Of a stretch of DNA of 64,000 nucleotides, positions 51,994 through 62,626 are shown in pieces. The notes under the pieces are model-generated. The model saw only the letters and a program-made list of their open reading frames with translations. It was not told the origin of the DNA and did no database searches. The stretch comes from Mesorhizobium sp. (GTDB lineage Bacteria; Pseudomonadota; Alphaproteobacteria; Rhizobiales; Rhizobiaceae). Numbering within the stretch: the stretch's first letter is position 1; every line of letters starts with the position of its first letter. Position numbers and translations under genes: made by a program. The stretch spans positions 17,030-81,029 of the forward strand of contig JBQCHN010000096.1 in NCBI GenBank assembly GCA_051954615.1, given 5' to 3'.

Positions 51994-52814
51994 GTGCGCA
52001 GATCGAGGCGCCAAACGCGCCAAAGCCGACGAGCTTTCGCGTATGGGACTGGCTGAGCACTGCCTTCTATCCGCTGGCGGCTCTGGCCCTGCTTATCTTG
52101 GCATGGTTCACGGTGTCTTGGTTGTTACGGCCGCCGCCTTACATCCTGCCATCGCCGCAGCATGTATGGGATCGGTTTACGGAAGAAGCGCCGTCTCTTC
52201 TGGAAAACACTGCCGCGACGGTGGAGGTGGCTCTGGCGGGCCTGCTGGTCGCCGTTCTTGCCGGACTTGCGCTTGGCTTCTCAATCGCGTGGTGGGGCTC
52301 TGTCCGCCGCCTTCTGCTGCCACCGATCATCGTGACGCAAAGCATTCCCAAGATCGCTCTTGCCCCGCTGTTTGTAGTCTGGTTCGGATACGGCGCGATG
52401 CCCAAACTGCTCGTCGTGGTCCTGGTGACCTTCTTCCCGATCGTGGAGGCTTGCACGGTCGGCGTCCGGTCTCTGCCGCAGAGTGTTTTCACCCTATCCC
52501 AGTCCATGGGTCTTCGTTCGTTCAGCCTGTTCTTCCGGATTTTGCTGCCGGCAAGTATGCCGTTTCTGGCGGGGGCGTTTCAGGTTTCGGCAAGCCTCGC
52601 GCTCATTGGCGCCCTGACCGCCGAGTTCGTCGGCGCAGAAAAAGGCATAGGTGTTGTCTTGAGGACGGCCGTTGGGTTCCAGGACACGGCGCTGGCCTTT
52701 GCCGGAATCCTGCTCTGCGCCGTTACGGGGACCATCATCTATGTGGCCAGCATCCTGATCAGCGGCCTGGCATTGAAAGCGGTAAGCCCTGGCTATGCAA
52801 GGAGCAAATTTTGA
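51990..52814 (+). CDS. ABC transporter permease (second, NitT/TauT family)
   Basis: Hydrophobic paralogue, with a 4-nt overlap with the previous gene. Confidence 0.85.
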   Translation: MSAQIEAPNAPKPTSFRVWDWLSTAFYPLAALALLILAWFTVSWLLRPPPYILPSPQHVWDRFTEEAPSLLENTAATVEVALAGLLVAVLAGLALGFSIAWWGSVRRLLLPPIIVTQSIPKIALAPLFVVWFGYGAMPKLLVVVLVTFFPIVEACTVGVRSLPQSVFTLSQSMGLRSFSLFFRILLPASMPFLAGAFQVSASLALIGALTAEFVGAEKGIGVVLRTAVGFQDTALAFAGILLCAVTGTIIYVASILISGLALKAVSPGYARSKF

Positions 52815-53635
52815 CAAGCGTTATTGACCTGCCGCAAGACTTGTCGAACGCCGGAAGCGGCGGCGTCTCAGTCGAATTTCGCGGAATCAGCCATGTCTAC
52901 GGCCAGGGGGCACGCAAGACGGAGGCCCTGCGGGACATAAACTTCACAGCCCGCCCTGGTGAGTTCGTCGCGTTGTTAGGGCCGAGCGGCTGCGGCAAGA
53001 GCACGCTGCTGACCATCGCCGCCGGTCTTGTGCGATCGTCGTCGGGCACTGTCCTGATCGACGGTATTCCAGTGACGAAACCCGCGACCGAACTTGGCTT
53101 CGTTTTTCAGGAAGCTACCTTGCTCGAATGGCGGACTGCGCTCAGCAATATCATGTTGCAGGCAGAAGCCCGCTCGATCGACCGCGCGCAAGCGTTGAAG
53201 CGTGCAAAGGAACTGATGGCGCAGACCGGCATCTCTGGATTTGAGGAGGCCTATCCGGCACAGCTTTCAGGGGGGATGCGGCAACGGGTCTCCATCTGCC
53301 GTGCGCTGCTGCACAATCCTCCGATGCTATTCATGGACGAGCCGTTTGGGGCGCTCGACGCGATGACACGCGAGCAAATGATCATGGATACCCAGCAAAT
53401 CTGGATGGACGGCCGCAAGACCGTCCTGTTCGTCACCCACGACATTCCAGAGGCGCTTCTGCTCGCCGACAGGATCGTCGTCTTGGGCGCGCGTCCCGGG
53501 AGGATACTGAAGATCTACGAGGTTGGCGGCGGTCGGCCGCGCGCAATGGACGATTTGTCAACGAAGCGCTTCGTCGAATTGCAGCACGAGGTTCGCCAGC
53601 TCCTGCGAGAAGCAGGCGCCTTTGCACGGCACTGA
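52811..53635 (+). CDS. ABC transporter ATP-binding protein
   Basis: [36 protein letters not shown] 52811 follows AAGGAG. The track ORF 51974.. is an out-of-context N-extension over the permease. Confidence 0.85.
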   Translation: MTSVIDLPQDLSNAGSGGVSVEFRGISHVYGQGARKTEALRDINFTARPGEFVALLGPSGCGKSTLLTIAAGLVRSSSGTVLIDGIPVTKPATELGFVFQEATLLEWRTALSNIMLQAEARSIDRAQALKRAKELMAQTGISGFEEAYPAQLSGGMRQRVSICRALLHNPPMLFMDEPFGALDAMTREQMIMDTQQIWMDGRKTVLFVTHDIPEALLLADRIVVLGARPGRILKIYEVGGGRPRAMDDLSTKRFVELQHEVRQLLREAGAFARH

Positions 53636-53645
53636 CGGTTCAGGC

Positions 53646-55082
53646 ATGGCGGGGAGGGAATCCAGCGAGCTGTGGACCTGGGACGCGACGGAGATCGTAG
53701 CTGCCGTGACGCGGAGGGATGTGTCCTGCGCCGAGGTCGTGCAGTCCTGCCTGGATCGGCTCGACCGCGTCAACCCCGCGGTCAATGCCGTGATCGCGCA
53801 TTTCCCCACTGAGGCCATAGCTGCCGCAAAGCTTGCCGATGCCGCAGCCGCGAGAGGCGAGGTTCTGGGCCCGCTTCATGGCGTGCCGGTTACGGTGAAG
53901 GACAATGTGGACCAGCAGGCCGCCGCGACAACGAACGGCGTCGTAGCCTGGCGTGCGCTGATTTCGGATGAGGACAGTCCTGCGGTGGCAGGTCTGCGTG
54001 CAGCCGGGGCGATCGTAATCGGACGAACGAATACGTCCTCCATGTCGCTGCGTTGGACCAGCGAGAACGATCTGCACGGGCTGACGCTTAATCCATGGGT
54101 CCCGGACAGGACGGCGGGAGGTTCCAGTGGCGGTGCCGGTGTAGCCGTGGCAACTGGTGTAGGACCCATTGCCCACGCCAACGACCTTTTCGGATCGATC
54201 CGCTATCCCGCTTTCTGCTCCGGAGTGACTGGCCTCCGTCCGAGTTGGGGCGTGACGCCATTCTTCAACGGCACGTCGACAGCGGAACGCGGACTGGCTT
54301 TCCAGACAATGGCCGTGCAGGGGCCGATCACACGCAGTGTGCGCGATCTTGCACCAGCCATGACTGCAATGTGGGGCCATGATCCTCGCGATCCGTGGAC
54401 GGTTCCCGTACCGTTCGATGCCTCACCGGGAATGAAGCCTGCCAAGGTGGCCGTGAGCTTGGATCCGGTTGGTGCCGGGGTTCATCCTGCGATCAAGGAC
54501 GCGCTCCGTAGAGCGGCGGTCTTGCTGGCGGATGCCGGGTATGTAGTCGAAGAAATCGACCCTCCGCATACGCTTGAAGCGGCGGAACTGGCCGAAGATA
54601 TCATCATCACGGAAACCCGCGTCCTGTCGGCTGCCGCGGTCGAGGAGTTCGCCGATGCGCCGATGCGGCGTCAATTGGAATTGACGCTTGCGCGGCGCAA
54701 GCCGCTCGACCTGAACGACTATGTACGCGCACTCGCCCGCCGTGCGACCCTGCGTCGTAGTTGGGCGCTGTTCAGCGAAAAATATCCGGTGCTGCTGTGT
54801 CCGAATTCCGCTCAACTGCCTTATCGACTGGGTGAGGACATAGCCAGTCAGGCTGCACTTGACCAAATCTATCTGGCGCACGCCCTGTTCTTTGTCGTCC
54901 CGCTGGTCGGAGCTCCGGCGCTGGCGCTTCCGACTGGCTGCTTCGACGGTGTCCCCATCGGCATTCAGCTTATTGGCAGAAGGTTTGGCGAAGCGGCACT
55001 CATCCAGGCCGGCGGAATTCTCGAGGCCGGTTTCGGCGTGACCACTCCGATCGATCCGGTATATCCGGAAAAACAAGTCTGA
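53646..55082 (+). CDS. amidase-signature-family amidase
   Basis: GGSSGGAGVAVA and KDNVD motifs. Confidence 0.88.
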   Translation: MAGRESSELWTWDATEIVAAVTRRDVSCAEVVQSCLDRLDRVNPAVNAVIAHFPTEAIAAAKLADAAAARGEVLGPLHGVPVTVKDNVDQQAAATTNGVVAWRALISDEDSPAVAGLRAAGAIVIGRTNTSSMSLRWTSENDLHGLTLNPWVPDRTAGGSSGGAGVAVATGVGPIAHANDLFGSIRYPAFCSGVTGLRPSWGVTPFFNGTSTAERGLAFQTMAVQGPITRSVRDLAPAMTAMWGHDPRDPWTVPVPFDASPGMKPAKVAVSLDPVGAGVHPAIKDALRRAAVLLADAGYVVEEIDPPHTLEAAELAEDIIITETRVLSAAAVEEFADAPMRRQLELTLARRKPLDLNDYVRALARRATLRRSWALFSEKYPVLLCPNSAQLPYRLGEDIASQAALDQIYLAHALFFVVPLVGAPALALPTGCFDGVPIGIQLIGRRFGEAALIQAGGILEAGFGVTTPIDPVYPEKQV

Positions 55083-55245
55083 TGGCACACACTTGCCCAC
55101 GACAATATCGGTTCGTTCTATCAAACTTAGCTTGCGATCACGTTGATACCGCACTGAATAGAGCCAGCCAGATTTGGATGGCAAAGGCATTTGTACGGCG
55201 GCCGCCGCGAAAAAAGGTAGAGATGAGATTTATGGGTGAGGCAGA

Positions 55246-56271
55246 ATGAACCTTACCGAGTTTGCGAAACGGGTCGGCTATTCGGTGAGCACCGTGTCAC
55301 GCGCGCTCAACGGTTATCATGACGTCAACGAAGATACCCGCCGTGAAATCATCCGGGCCGCCGAAGCACTCGGCTATGCCGCCGATCCATCCGCCCGTCG
55401 ATTGCGCAAGGGGAATTCCGGACTGGTGGCCTTTGTCCTGTCCTCCCCGCAAAAGCAGTTCGCCAGCCCTTTCTTTCTCGACATGATCGTGGGCGTCAAC
55501 GAAAGGTTGCGCGACACCGAGCTTCAGCTCATCGTTACATCGGCGCCTTCATTCGAAGCCGAGTTGGAATCGCTCAAGCAGTTGGTCCAGCGGCAGCGCG
55601 TGGACGGAGTGATCTTTGCGCGTACTCGCAAGCATGATGACCGGATAGAGTATCTGCAAGACAAAAAGGTGCCCTTTGTGACACACGGGCGCAGCGAGAC
55701 CGGGGAGCCCTTTGCCTATCTCGATATTGACCACGAGGTCGTGGGACGGGACGGTTGTGCGCGTTTCATCGCGCTGGGGCATCAACGTATTGCGCTGCTC
55801 AACACGCCTGATGAGTTGATGTTCAGCCACCACCGACTGCAGGGCTACAAGGCGGCGCTTGCAGCAGCAAACATGCCGTTCGATCCTGTTCTTGTCGTGG
55901 AAGCCGACCTTACCGAAGAGGCAGGCGCGGCAGCCGCCCTCAAGTTGCTGGCCAAGGACAACCCGCCAACAGCTATCCTGTGCGGAAACGACCTGGTTGC
56001 GATGGGCGCAATGCGGGCGATCAGCGAAATTGGCCGATTGCCGGGACAGGAGGTAGGCGTCATAGGCAGCGATGATAACCCGTTCGGCCGCCACATGGTC
56101 GTGCCGCTGACAACGTTCACCTCGCCAAGGATTGAGGCGGGCAAACGCATAGCCGAACTGCTGCTTGGGGCGATTGATCGACAGCCGGCGACGAAGTTGC
56201 AAGAGCTTTGGCGACCGGAGTTGGTGCTGCGCGGTTCGGACGGACCGCCCAGGCGCGAAACGCGTCCATAA
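55246..56271 (+). CDS. LacI-family transcriptional regulator
   Basis: N-terminal HTH LTEFAKRVGYSVSTVSRALNG plus a periplasmic-binding-fold body. Confidence 0.9.
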   Translation: MNLTEFAKRVGYSVSTVSRALNGYHDVNEDTRREIIRAAEALGYAADPSARRLRKGNSGLVAFVLSSPQKQFASPFFLDMIVGVNERLRDTELQLIVTSAPSFEAELESLKQLVQRQRVDGVIFARTRKHDDRIEYLQDKKVPFVTHGRSETGEPFAYLDIDHEVVGRDGCARFIALGHQRIALLNTPDELMFSHHRLQGYKAALAAANMPFDPVLVVEADLTEEAGAAAALKLLAKDNPPTAILCGNDLVAMGAMRAISEIGRLPGQEVGVIGSDDNPFGRHMVVPLTTFTSPRIEAGKRIAELLLGAIDRQPATKLQELWRPELVLRGSDGPPRRETRP

Positions 56272-56697
56272 GCGCGACAGTGCCGTCGGACAAACGTGGG
56301 GTAGAAACGAAACGGACAGCCGGCCCGTTCAGCGCTGCAGATGGCAGGACAGGGGGCATAGAGACCGGTGGTGATACATTGCCCGTCTCATCGTGGAGGA
56401 AGCCGAATTACAGCGATCCCCGCAGGCGAGCGATCTCGCAGTCCGGCGGTCATCGAGAATTTCGGCTATCGGCCATCACAATTCTGGCGGGTGATATGAG
56501 CCGGAAATTCAAGCGCCATTTCTGTTCTCATCTATCCCAGCAGCGATCTTTCAAGCAGTCCACTTTCGGCCCCTATCCGGCCAGACGACGGGTTACGTTG
56601 GTAATCGCTCGATAATTTACAATTGATTAACCATGCACTGCTCTCATCGATCTTGTTTTTTGTCTTCATTTTATTTGTTTTTTGAGTCGGTGGGGCG

Positions 56698-59600
56698 ATG
56701 CGCGAATTCAAAGGCACGATCGTAAGTCGGGATGCCGTTTTGGCCGCCTTCTGTGTGGCAGTCCCTGCGGTACTGGCGTTTCCCGCGACGGCGTTGGGAG
56801 CCGATACGGTCATCAGCGCCGGTGAGACAAAGACGCCCGCCGATCTCGGAGGCGCCGGCGACGCCACGACTGTGGAGTCCGGCGGCACGTTGGAGATCGA
56901 TGCGAACGTCACGCAGAATCATTATACGATTTCCGGCGACGGCAATGGCGGCGTCGGTGCCATCCACAACAGTGGCGGCAACAACACGCTCTACGGAGAC
57001 ATTGCGATCGACGATTCGACGTCGATCGATGCCTCCGGCGGCGTGCTGACGATCGATGGCGATGTCTCGAGTTCGGTTCCGTTCGATCTGGACCTGACGA
57101 TGGGAGGGGATGGCGACATCGTTTCCCTTGGGAATATCAATCTGGGGGGAGTGGGGCAGAGCTACGGCCTGGAAAAGGTCGGCGGCGGTACATGGACGTT
57201 GAAGGGTACAACCTTCTTTACCGGCTATGTCGGCGTCGCGGACGGCACCTTGGCAATCTCCAATGGAGCGAAGGTCACCATAAACCCCGCAAGCGATACC
57301 GATTCGACCCGGATCAGCGCCTCCCTGCACATTACCGGCACTGGCAGCATCCTGACGAACAACGACTATCTGGTTGTCGGAAGTGACTCTCTGGGAGCGG
57401 CAACGGTCATCGTCGACAATGGCGGGCATCTGAACACCTATGCCAGCCAGATCGGCGAGGGGGCCGGTTTTGCGGTCTCGGATCAGATCACTGCCGTGGT
57501 CGACGGAGCGGGATCGGTCTGGGATTTCGGAGTTTTTCTCGGCGTAGGTGCGGCGGAAAACGGGGTCGCGTCGCTGACCGTCTCGAATGGCGGCGTCATG
57601 ACGACGACGGTTTCGGGAAACGCATCGATTGGTCGTGGCGGCAGCGGCGCCGCCACCGTGACCGGCGCCGGATCGCAATTGTCCACCAACTACTCCATCA
57701 CGGTCGGGGAGCTTCTCAATGGTAATTCCGGCGACGGTTCGCTGATCATAGAGAACGGCGGTTCCGTCACGGCGGGCCAGGCACATATTGGTGATGGCGG
57801 CGTTGGCACTGTTTCGGTGCGAGCCGGCTCGCAACTTCAGGCAGGCGATTTCCTCGGAATAGGTGAAGCGAACGAGGACTATACCGGTACGCAAGTCGCC
57901 GGGCAGGGGCATCTGACCATTGAGGATGGCGGCTTGGTCGCGGCCGACAACGTCTGGATCGGTGTCGACAACAATGTCGTATCCGGTTCGAGCGGCACAC
58001 TGACGGTTTTGGGCACGGCAGGGAGCCACGGCGTCCTCGAAACGGCTTCGTTGATGAGGGGCTATGATAGCGCATCGGCGCTGTTCGACGGCGGTGTTCT
58101 GCGCGCCACCGCCAATAGTGCCGATGGCGATGCTCCTTTCATCGGGAGCTTCGGCGATCCGTTCATCGTCGATATCGGCGCCGGCGGCATTTTCATCGAC
58201 ACCCAGGCCTACGATGTCACGGCCGCTGCCGTGTTCGCCGACGATGACGCGTTCTCCTCCGGTTTCCTCGAGAAGCAAGGCGGCGGCAGGCTGGTCCTGA
58301 CCGCCGACAACACCTACAGCGCCGGAACGACGATCACGGACGGCATACTCCAACTCGGCGCTGGGGGAGCGTCGGGCTGGATACTCGGTGACGTCGCCGA
58401 CGATGGCATTCTGGCCTTCAACCGTTCGGACACGAAGACGTTCGATGGGACCGTCGCCGGGGCCGGCAGCATCTACCAGATCGGCACGGGGCACACCATT
58501 CTAACCGCTGATAGCTCAGCTCTGACGGGCATTTCGCAGGTGCAGAACGGCATCCTGTCGGTCAACAGCATTCTGGGCGGCTCGATGGAGGTCAGGGGCG
58601 GACGTCTTCAGGGTATCGGCCGTGTAGGAGCGACGACCAATTTCGCCGACGGCACGATCGCGCCCGGCAATTCGATCGGGACATTGACCGTCGCCGGCAA
58701 TTATGTCGGCAACGGCGGCAGGCTGGAAATCGAAACCGTTCTCGGGGACGACGACTCGGACACGGACAGACTGGTGGTTACCGGCAATACATCCGGCAAC
58801 ACCGACGTCCAGGTGATCAATGTCGGCGGCTCTGGAGCACAAACCAGCGAAGGCATCAAGATCATCGATGTTGCCGGCGCCTCGGACGGAAACTTCACGC
58901 TTCTGGGCAGCTATACCTTCAAGGGGGATCCGGCCGTCGTTGCGGGCGCCTATGCCTACAGACTTTATCAGGGTGGCATCAGCACACCCGCCGACGGCGA
59001 TTGGTACCTGCGCTCGTCCGTGCTGGATTCGGGCAACCCCACCACCCCGATCTATCAGCCGGGAGCCCCCGTCTACGAGGCTTATGCCGGGGTCTTGCGG
59101 AGCTTTAACGAACCCGACACGCTGCAACAGCGTCTGGGCAACCGCTCGTGGTCCGGCGGCGCGGCAACAGCGGACGCCGGCGGTGCCGGAAGTGGCATCT
59201 GGGGCCGGGTTCTTGGCCGCTACGCCAGTATAGATCCGAAGAGTTCGACGACCGGTGCCAGCTATGGTGCAGGCATCTGGGAATTGCAGGCTGGCGTTGA
59301 CGGACCGGTCTATTCCGGAAATTCCGGCGATCTGATCAGCGGGCTTTCGATCCGATACGGCACCGTCTCCGCCGATATATCCTCGATTTTCGGTGACGGT
59401 TCGATCAGCAGCGCCGGCTACGGTCTGGGCGGGTCGATCACCTGGTACGGAAAAACCGGCTTCTATGTCGATGCCCAGGCGAACGCCACCTGGTACGACA
59501 GCGACCTGTCGTCCTCCACTGCCGGCACCAACTTGATCACCGGCAATGACGGCTTCGGCTATGCATTGGGGCTGGAAGCCGGCCGGAAGATCGCGCTTGG

Positions 59601-60027
59601 CGCCAACTGGTCGGCTACTCCGCAAGCACAATTGACCTATTCGGCTGTCGATTATGACGACTTCCGCGATGTGTTCGGCAGCGCGGTTTCGGCAGCGAAC
59701 TTGCGAAATCTCAGGGGACGTCTCGGCATCTCTGCCGACTACGAGAACAGCTGGACCGACAAAGCGGGGCAGACGAGCCGTCTTCACGCATATGGCATTA
59801 CCAACCTCTACTACAACTTCGAGCACGACTCGGACGTCCGGGTCGCTGGCGTCAAGTTCGCGAGCGAACAGGAAGCGCTCTCAGGAGGTCTCGGTCTTGG
59901 CGGCACCTACGATTGGGGCGACGACAAGTACGCCCTTTATGGCGAAGCGACGGTCGCCACCAGCCTTGGCCATTTCGGAGACAGCTACACCCTGGCGGGC
60001 AGATTGGGCCTGAATATCAAGTTCTAG
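56698..60027 (+). CDS. autotransporter (type Va) outer-membrane protein
   Basis: Signal peptide ...AVLAFPATALGAD. Repeated autotransporter beta-strand units (GGGTWTLKG, GGGRLVLTADNTYSGTT, GTGHTILTAD). The C-terminal beta-barrel ends ...LGLNIKF. Confidence 0.9.
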   Translation: MREFKGTIVSRDAVLAAFCVAVPAVLAFPATALGADTVISAGETKTPADLGGAGDATTVESGGTLEIDANVTQNHYTISGDGNGGVGAIHNSGGNNTLYGDIAIDDSTSIDASGGVLTIDGDVSSSVPFDLDLTMGGDGDIVSLGNINLGGVGQSYGLEKVGGGTWTLKGTTFFTGYVGVADGTLAISNGAKVTINPASDTDSTRISASLHITGTGSILTNNDYLVVGSDSLGAATVIVDNGGHLNTYASQIGEGAGFAVSDQITAVVDGAGSVWDFGVFLGVGAAENGVASLTVSNGGVMTTTVSGNASIGRGGSGAATVTGAGSQLSTNYSITVGELLNGNSGDGSLIIENGGSVTAGQAHIGDGGVGTVSVRAGSQLQAGDFLGIGEANEDYTGTQVAGQGHLTIEDGGLVAADNVWIGVDNNVVSGSSGTLTVLGTAGSHGVLETASLMRGYDSASALFDGGVLRATANSADGDAPFIGSFGDPFIVDIGAGGIFIDTQAYDVTAAAVFADDDAFSSGFLEKQGGGRLVLTADNTYSAGTTITDGILQLGAGGASGWILGDVADDGILAFNRSDTKTFDGTVAGAGSIYQIGTGHTILTADSSALTGISQVQNGILSVNSILGGSMEVRGGRLQGIGRVGATTNFADGTIAPGNSIGTLTVAGNYVGNGGRLEIETVLGDDDSDTDRLVVTGNTSGNTDVQVINVGGSGAQTSEGIKIIDVAGASDGNFTLLGSYTFKGDPAVVAGAYAYRLYQGGISTPADGDWYLRSSVLDSGNPTTPIYQPGAPVYEAYAGVLRSFNEPDTLQQRLGNRSWSGGAATADAGGAGSGIWGRVLGRYASIDPKSSTTGASYGAGIWELQAGVDGPVYSGNSGDLISGLSIRYGTVSADISSIFGDGSISSAGYGLGGSITWYGKTGFYVDAQANATWYDSDLSSSTAGTNLITGNDGFGYALGLEAGRKIALGANWSATPQAQLTYSAVDYDDFRDVFGSAVSAANLRNLRGRLGISADYENSWTDKAGQTSRLHAYGITNLYYNFEHDSDVRVAGVKFASEQEALSGGLGLGGTYDWGDDKYALYGEATVATSLGHFGDSYTLAGRLGLNIKF

Positions 60028-60162
60028 CCACTTGGATATTCACGGATCTGGCTAAAAATGAAAACGCCGTCGAACCAGTTTGACCTTTCTGACGAAGTGC
60101 CGGGATAGAGGGAGGCCAGCGCGCCAGGCCGGAAGCACGTCAGGTCAGTTCGTGCCCCTACC

Positions 60163-60600
60163 ATGATCGCAAAACGCCTTCCCAGGCTTGCTGTTCTGGT
60201 CGATACCGAAACCAGTGGCGTGCAGCGGGCCAGGGACAAGTCATCGAGCTCGGAGCTGTCGCCTTCACCTGATGAAGGAAGGTCGGCGACGTTGTCGGAG
60301 TCTACAGCGGCCTCCGCCTTCCACAGGTTCTTTCCCACCACCGTCGACCAGGACTTGGACTTGCAAGTCGCCAAGCTCCAGGCCGAGGGGGGCGCTCACG
60401 TTTAGTCGGGGAAAGCGTCGGGGGCAGCCGGCACGGCCACGCCGAACTGGCCACCCTCATCGATATGAGTTGCTCTCGAATGCGGGTTTATCGGATTTCG
60501 AAGGCAATCCGGTAGCCGGCAAAATGCGCGAACTCTACCGAATAGCTGACTGCGCCGATATTCGTGGAAAACGCCACGGATTGAACATTCCAGGCTGAGC
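60163..60600 (+). pseudogene. decayed fragments: DnaQ-like exonuclease N-terminus followed by serine-recombinase (resolvase) N-terminus
   Basis: LAVLVDTETSGV, then by frameshift VIELGAVAFT and stop. After that comes TVDQDLDLQVAKLQAEGGAHV, a stop, and ..GKASGA..ELATLIDM spread over several frames. Confidence 0.4.
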
Positions 60601-61860
60601 CTAGTAGCTTCCCATCTTGGATAGTCGTTCGGCTGCGGCTCTGATTGTGTTCTCCGAAGCGCCATCCTTTTTCAAGCGATCGTAGATATTGCCGAGGCGT
60701 GCAATTCCATCTGGAATTCGGGATTCGTCCTCATACGAGAAGCAGATCCGTAACGCATTTTCTTGTGGTTCGAGCGGGTAGCATTTGCGGCCAGAATATA
60801 CCTTGACTCCATTCTGGAGTGCCAACGCCGCCAGAACGTCCGCATCAACGGATTGCGGTATTCTTGCCCAGAGATAGTAGCCGCCTTCAGGTTTTCTGAC
60901 ATGAATTTCGGGAAGATACCTGGCTAAGGAATCCAACATCACATCGCGATGTTTGCGCAGTTCCACAGTCACCTGATCGATATGGTGCGATATCTGGTTT
61001 CCTCTCAACAATTCGATCATGATCCGCTGGTTGAAGGGGCTGGTGCCACCGTCAGATTTTTGCGCTGCCATGCGCTCGATGATTTCATCGGCGGCGATGA
61101 CCCAGCCGATCCTTAGCCCCGGAGCCAGAATCTTTGATGCCGTGCCGAGAGCGATAACCACGCCATTTTTGTCCAGGCTCTTTAGCGGAGGCACAGGCTC
61201 GCCTTCGAACCGGATCCGACGATAGGGGTCATCTTCCACGATAAAGAAGCCAAATCGCTCTGCCAAAGCGATCAACAACCGCCTTCGCTCCAGACTCATA
61301 GTGATGCCGGTCGGATTGTGGAAATCGGGCACGTCAAAGAGCAGCTTTGGCAATTTCTCGCCTGCGTCCAGCGCGCTTTGAAGCTTCTGCTCCAAGATGT
61401 CGACACGCAGGCCTTGGTTGTCCTGTTCGATCGGCAGGAAATCGACCTCATGGGTGCGCAAGATGCTGATCGCGGTCATGTACGTGGGCGCTGTCACGAT
61501 CACAGTGTCGCCCGGTTCTATGAAGACTCGACAAGCCAGATCGAGTCCATGTTTCGCGCCATTCACAATCATGACGTTTTCGCGCCGGCATTGGACGCCA
61601 TCACTTGCCACATAGCTGCAAATCAGATCGCGCAGCTCATCAATCCCGAAGACGTCTGCGTACTGCATGGTCTCGTTACGCAGGGCGGCGGCCGCTGAAG
61701 CTTCTCGTGTGATGTCCGGCAGGCATTTGGGGAATGCGTAGCCGTCCGAAAAATCGAAGTCGATGCTCTCGTCACCATGCCCCAGCCCGGTCGGGGGGGC
61801 TGAACGAGCGGCAAAAAGCGAGATCAAATTTCGCGGCGTGATCGTTTCGCTGTCAGTCAT
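60601..61860 (-). CDS. PLP-dependent aminotransferase (class I/II)
   Basis: FHNPTG and LGTASKILAPGLRIGW (PLP lysine context). Confidence 0.85.
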   Translation of the reverse strand: MTDSETITPRNLISLFAARSAPPTGLGHGDESIDFDFSDGYAFPKCLPDITREASAAAALRNETMQYADVFGIDELRDLICSYVASDGVQCRRENVMIVNGAKHGLDLACRVFIEPGDTVIVTAPTYMTAISILRTHEVDFLPIEQDNQGLRVDILEQKLQSALDAGEKLPKLLFDVPDFHNPTGITMSLERRRLLIALAERFGFFIVEDDPYRRIRFEGEPVPPLKSLDKNGVVIALGTASKILAPGLRIGWVIAADEIIERMAAQKSDGGTSPFNQRIMIELLRGNQISHHIDQVTVELRKHRDVMLDSLARYLPEIHVRKPEGGYYLWARIPQSVDADVLAALALQNGVKVYSGRKCYPLEPQENALRICFSYEDESRIPDGIARLGNIYDRLKKDGASENTIRAAAERLSKMGSY

Positions 61861-61861
61861 T

Positions 61862-62626
61862 CTACATTACCTTTCCGAGGAATGCTTTCGTGCGCGGTTC
61901 GCTTGGAGATGCGAGCAGTTGCTTTGCGGCGCCGCTCTCGATGATTTCTCCGTCGACCATGAAATGCACGGTGTCGGCGACCTCGCGGGCAAACCCGATT
62001 TCATGAGTGACCAAGATCATCGTCTTGCCCTCTTCCGCGAGTGTTCTCATCACAGCGAGGACTTCCCCAACCAACTCCGGATCCAATGCGGACGTTGGTT
62101 CGTCGAAAAGGAGAACCTTGGGGGTCATTGCCAGCATCCGGACGATGGCGACACGTTGTTGCTGGCCACCGGAAAGCTGTGACGGATAACTCGACTTTTT
62201 ATCCAGCAAACCTACTCGCGAAAGCAGTTGCTTTGCCTGCTCGGCAGCTTCGCTTCGTGAGAGGAGTCCGAGACAAACGGGAGCCTCGATGACGTTTTCC
62301 AATACCGTCATATGAGGAAACAGGTTGAACCGCTGGAAGACCATGCCGATATTTCGTCGTTGCATCGCCAGAGCAGCCTCGGAAAGCTCGTAGTATTTCC
62401 CATTGCGGTGTTCATACCCAACGGGTTGCCCCAACACGAAGATCATACCCTCGGTTTGGACTTCCAGTCTGTTGACGCATCTGAGAAGTGTTGATTTTCC
62501 GGCTCCCGACGGCCCTATGATGCAAGTTACCTCACCGGGCTTCACATCGAGACAGACGTTTTTCAGGACCTTAAACGCGCCGAACGACTTGCTCACATTT
62601 TTGACTTCAACAATCTTCTGCATCAT
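61862..62626 (-). CDS. amino-acid ABC transporter ATP-binding protein (GlnQ-like)
   Basis: [35 protein letters not shown]. The ATG at 62626 gives [11 protein letters not shown]. Confidence 0.9.
   Translation of the reverse strand: MMQKIVEVKNVSKSFGAFKVLKNVCLDVKPGEVTCIIGPSGAGKSTLLRCVNRLEVQTEGMIFVLGQPVGYEHRNGKYYELSEAALAMQRRNIGMVFQRFNLFPHMTVLENVIEAPVCLGLLSRSEAAEQAKQLLSRVGLLDKKSSYPSQLSGGQQQRVAIVRMLAMTPKVLLFDEPTSALDPELVGEVLAVMRTLAEEGKTMILVTHEIGFAREVADTVHFMVDGEIIESGAAKQLLASPSEPRTKAFLGKVM

Noticed and set aside
51974-52810. N-terminal 279 codons of track ORF 51974..53635
   Set aside because: This stretch is read in another frame through the second permease gene and has shadow-ORF composition. The ABC ATPase domain starts only after TTG 52811.
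56671-59826. Minus-strand ORFs 56671..58494 (607 aa) and 58516..59826 (436 aa)
   Set aside because: They are antisense to the autotransporter gene, which has a signal peptide, passenger repeats and a beta-barrel. The antisense translations are Arg/Gly/Asp-rich with no motifs.
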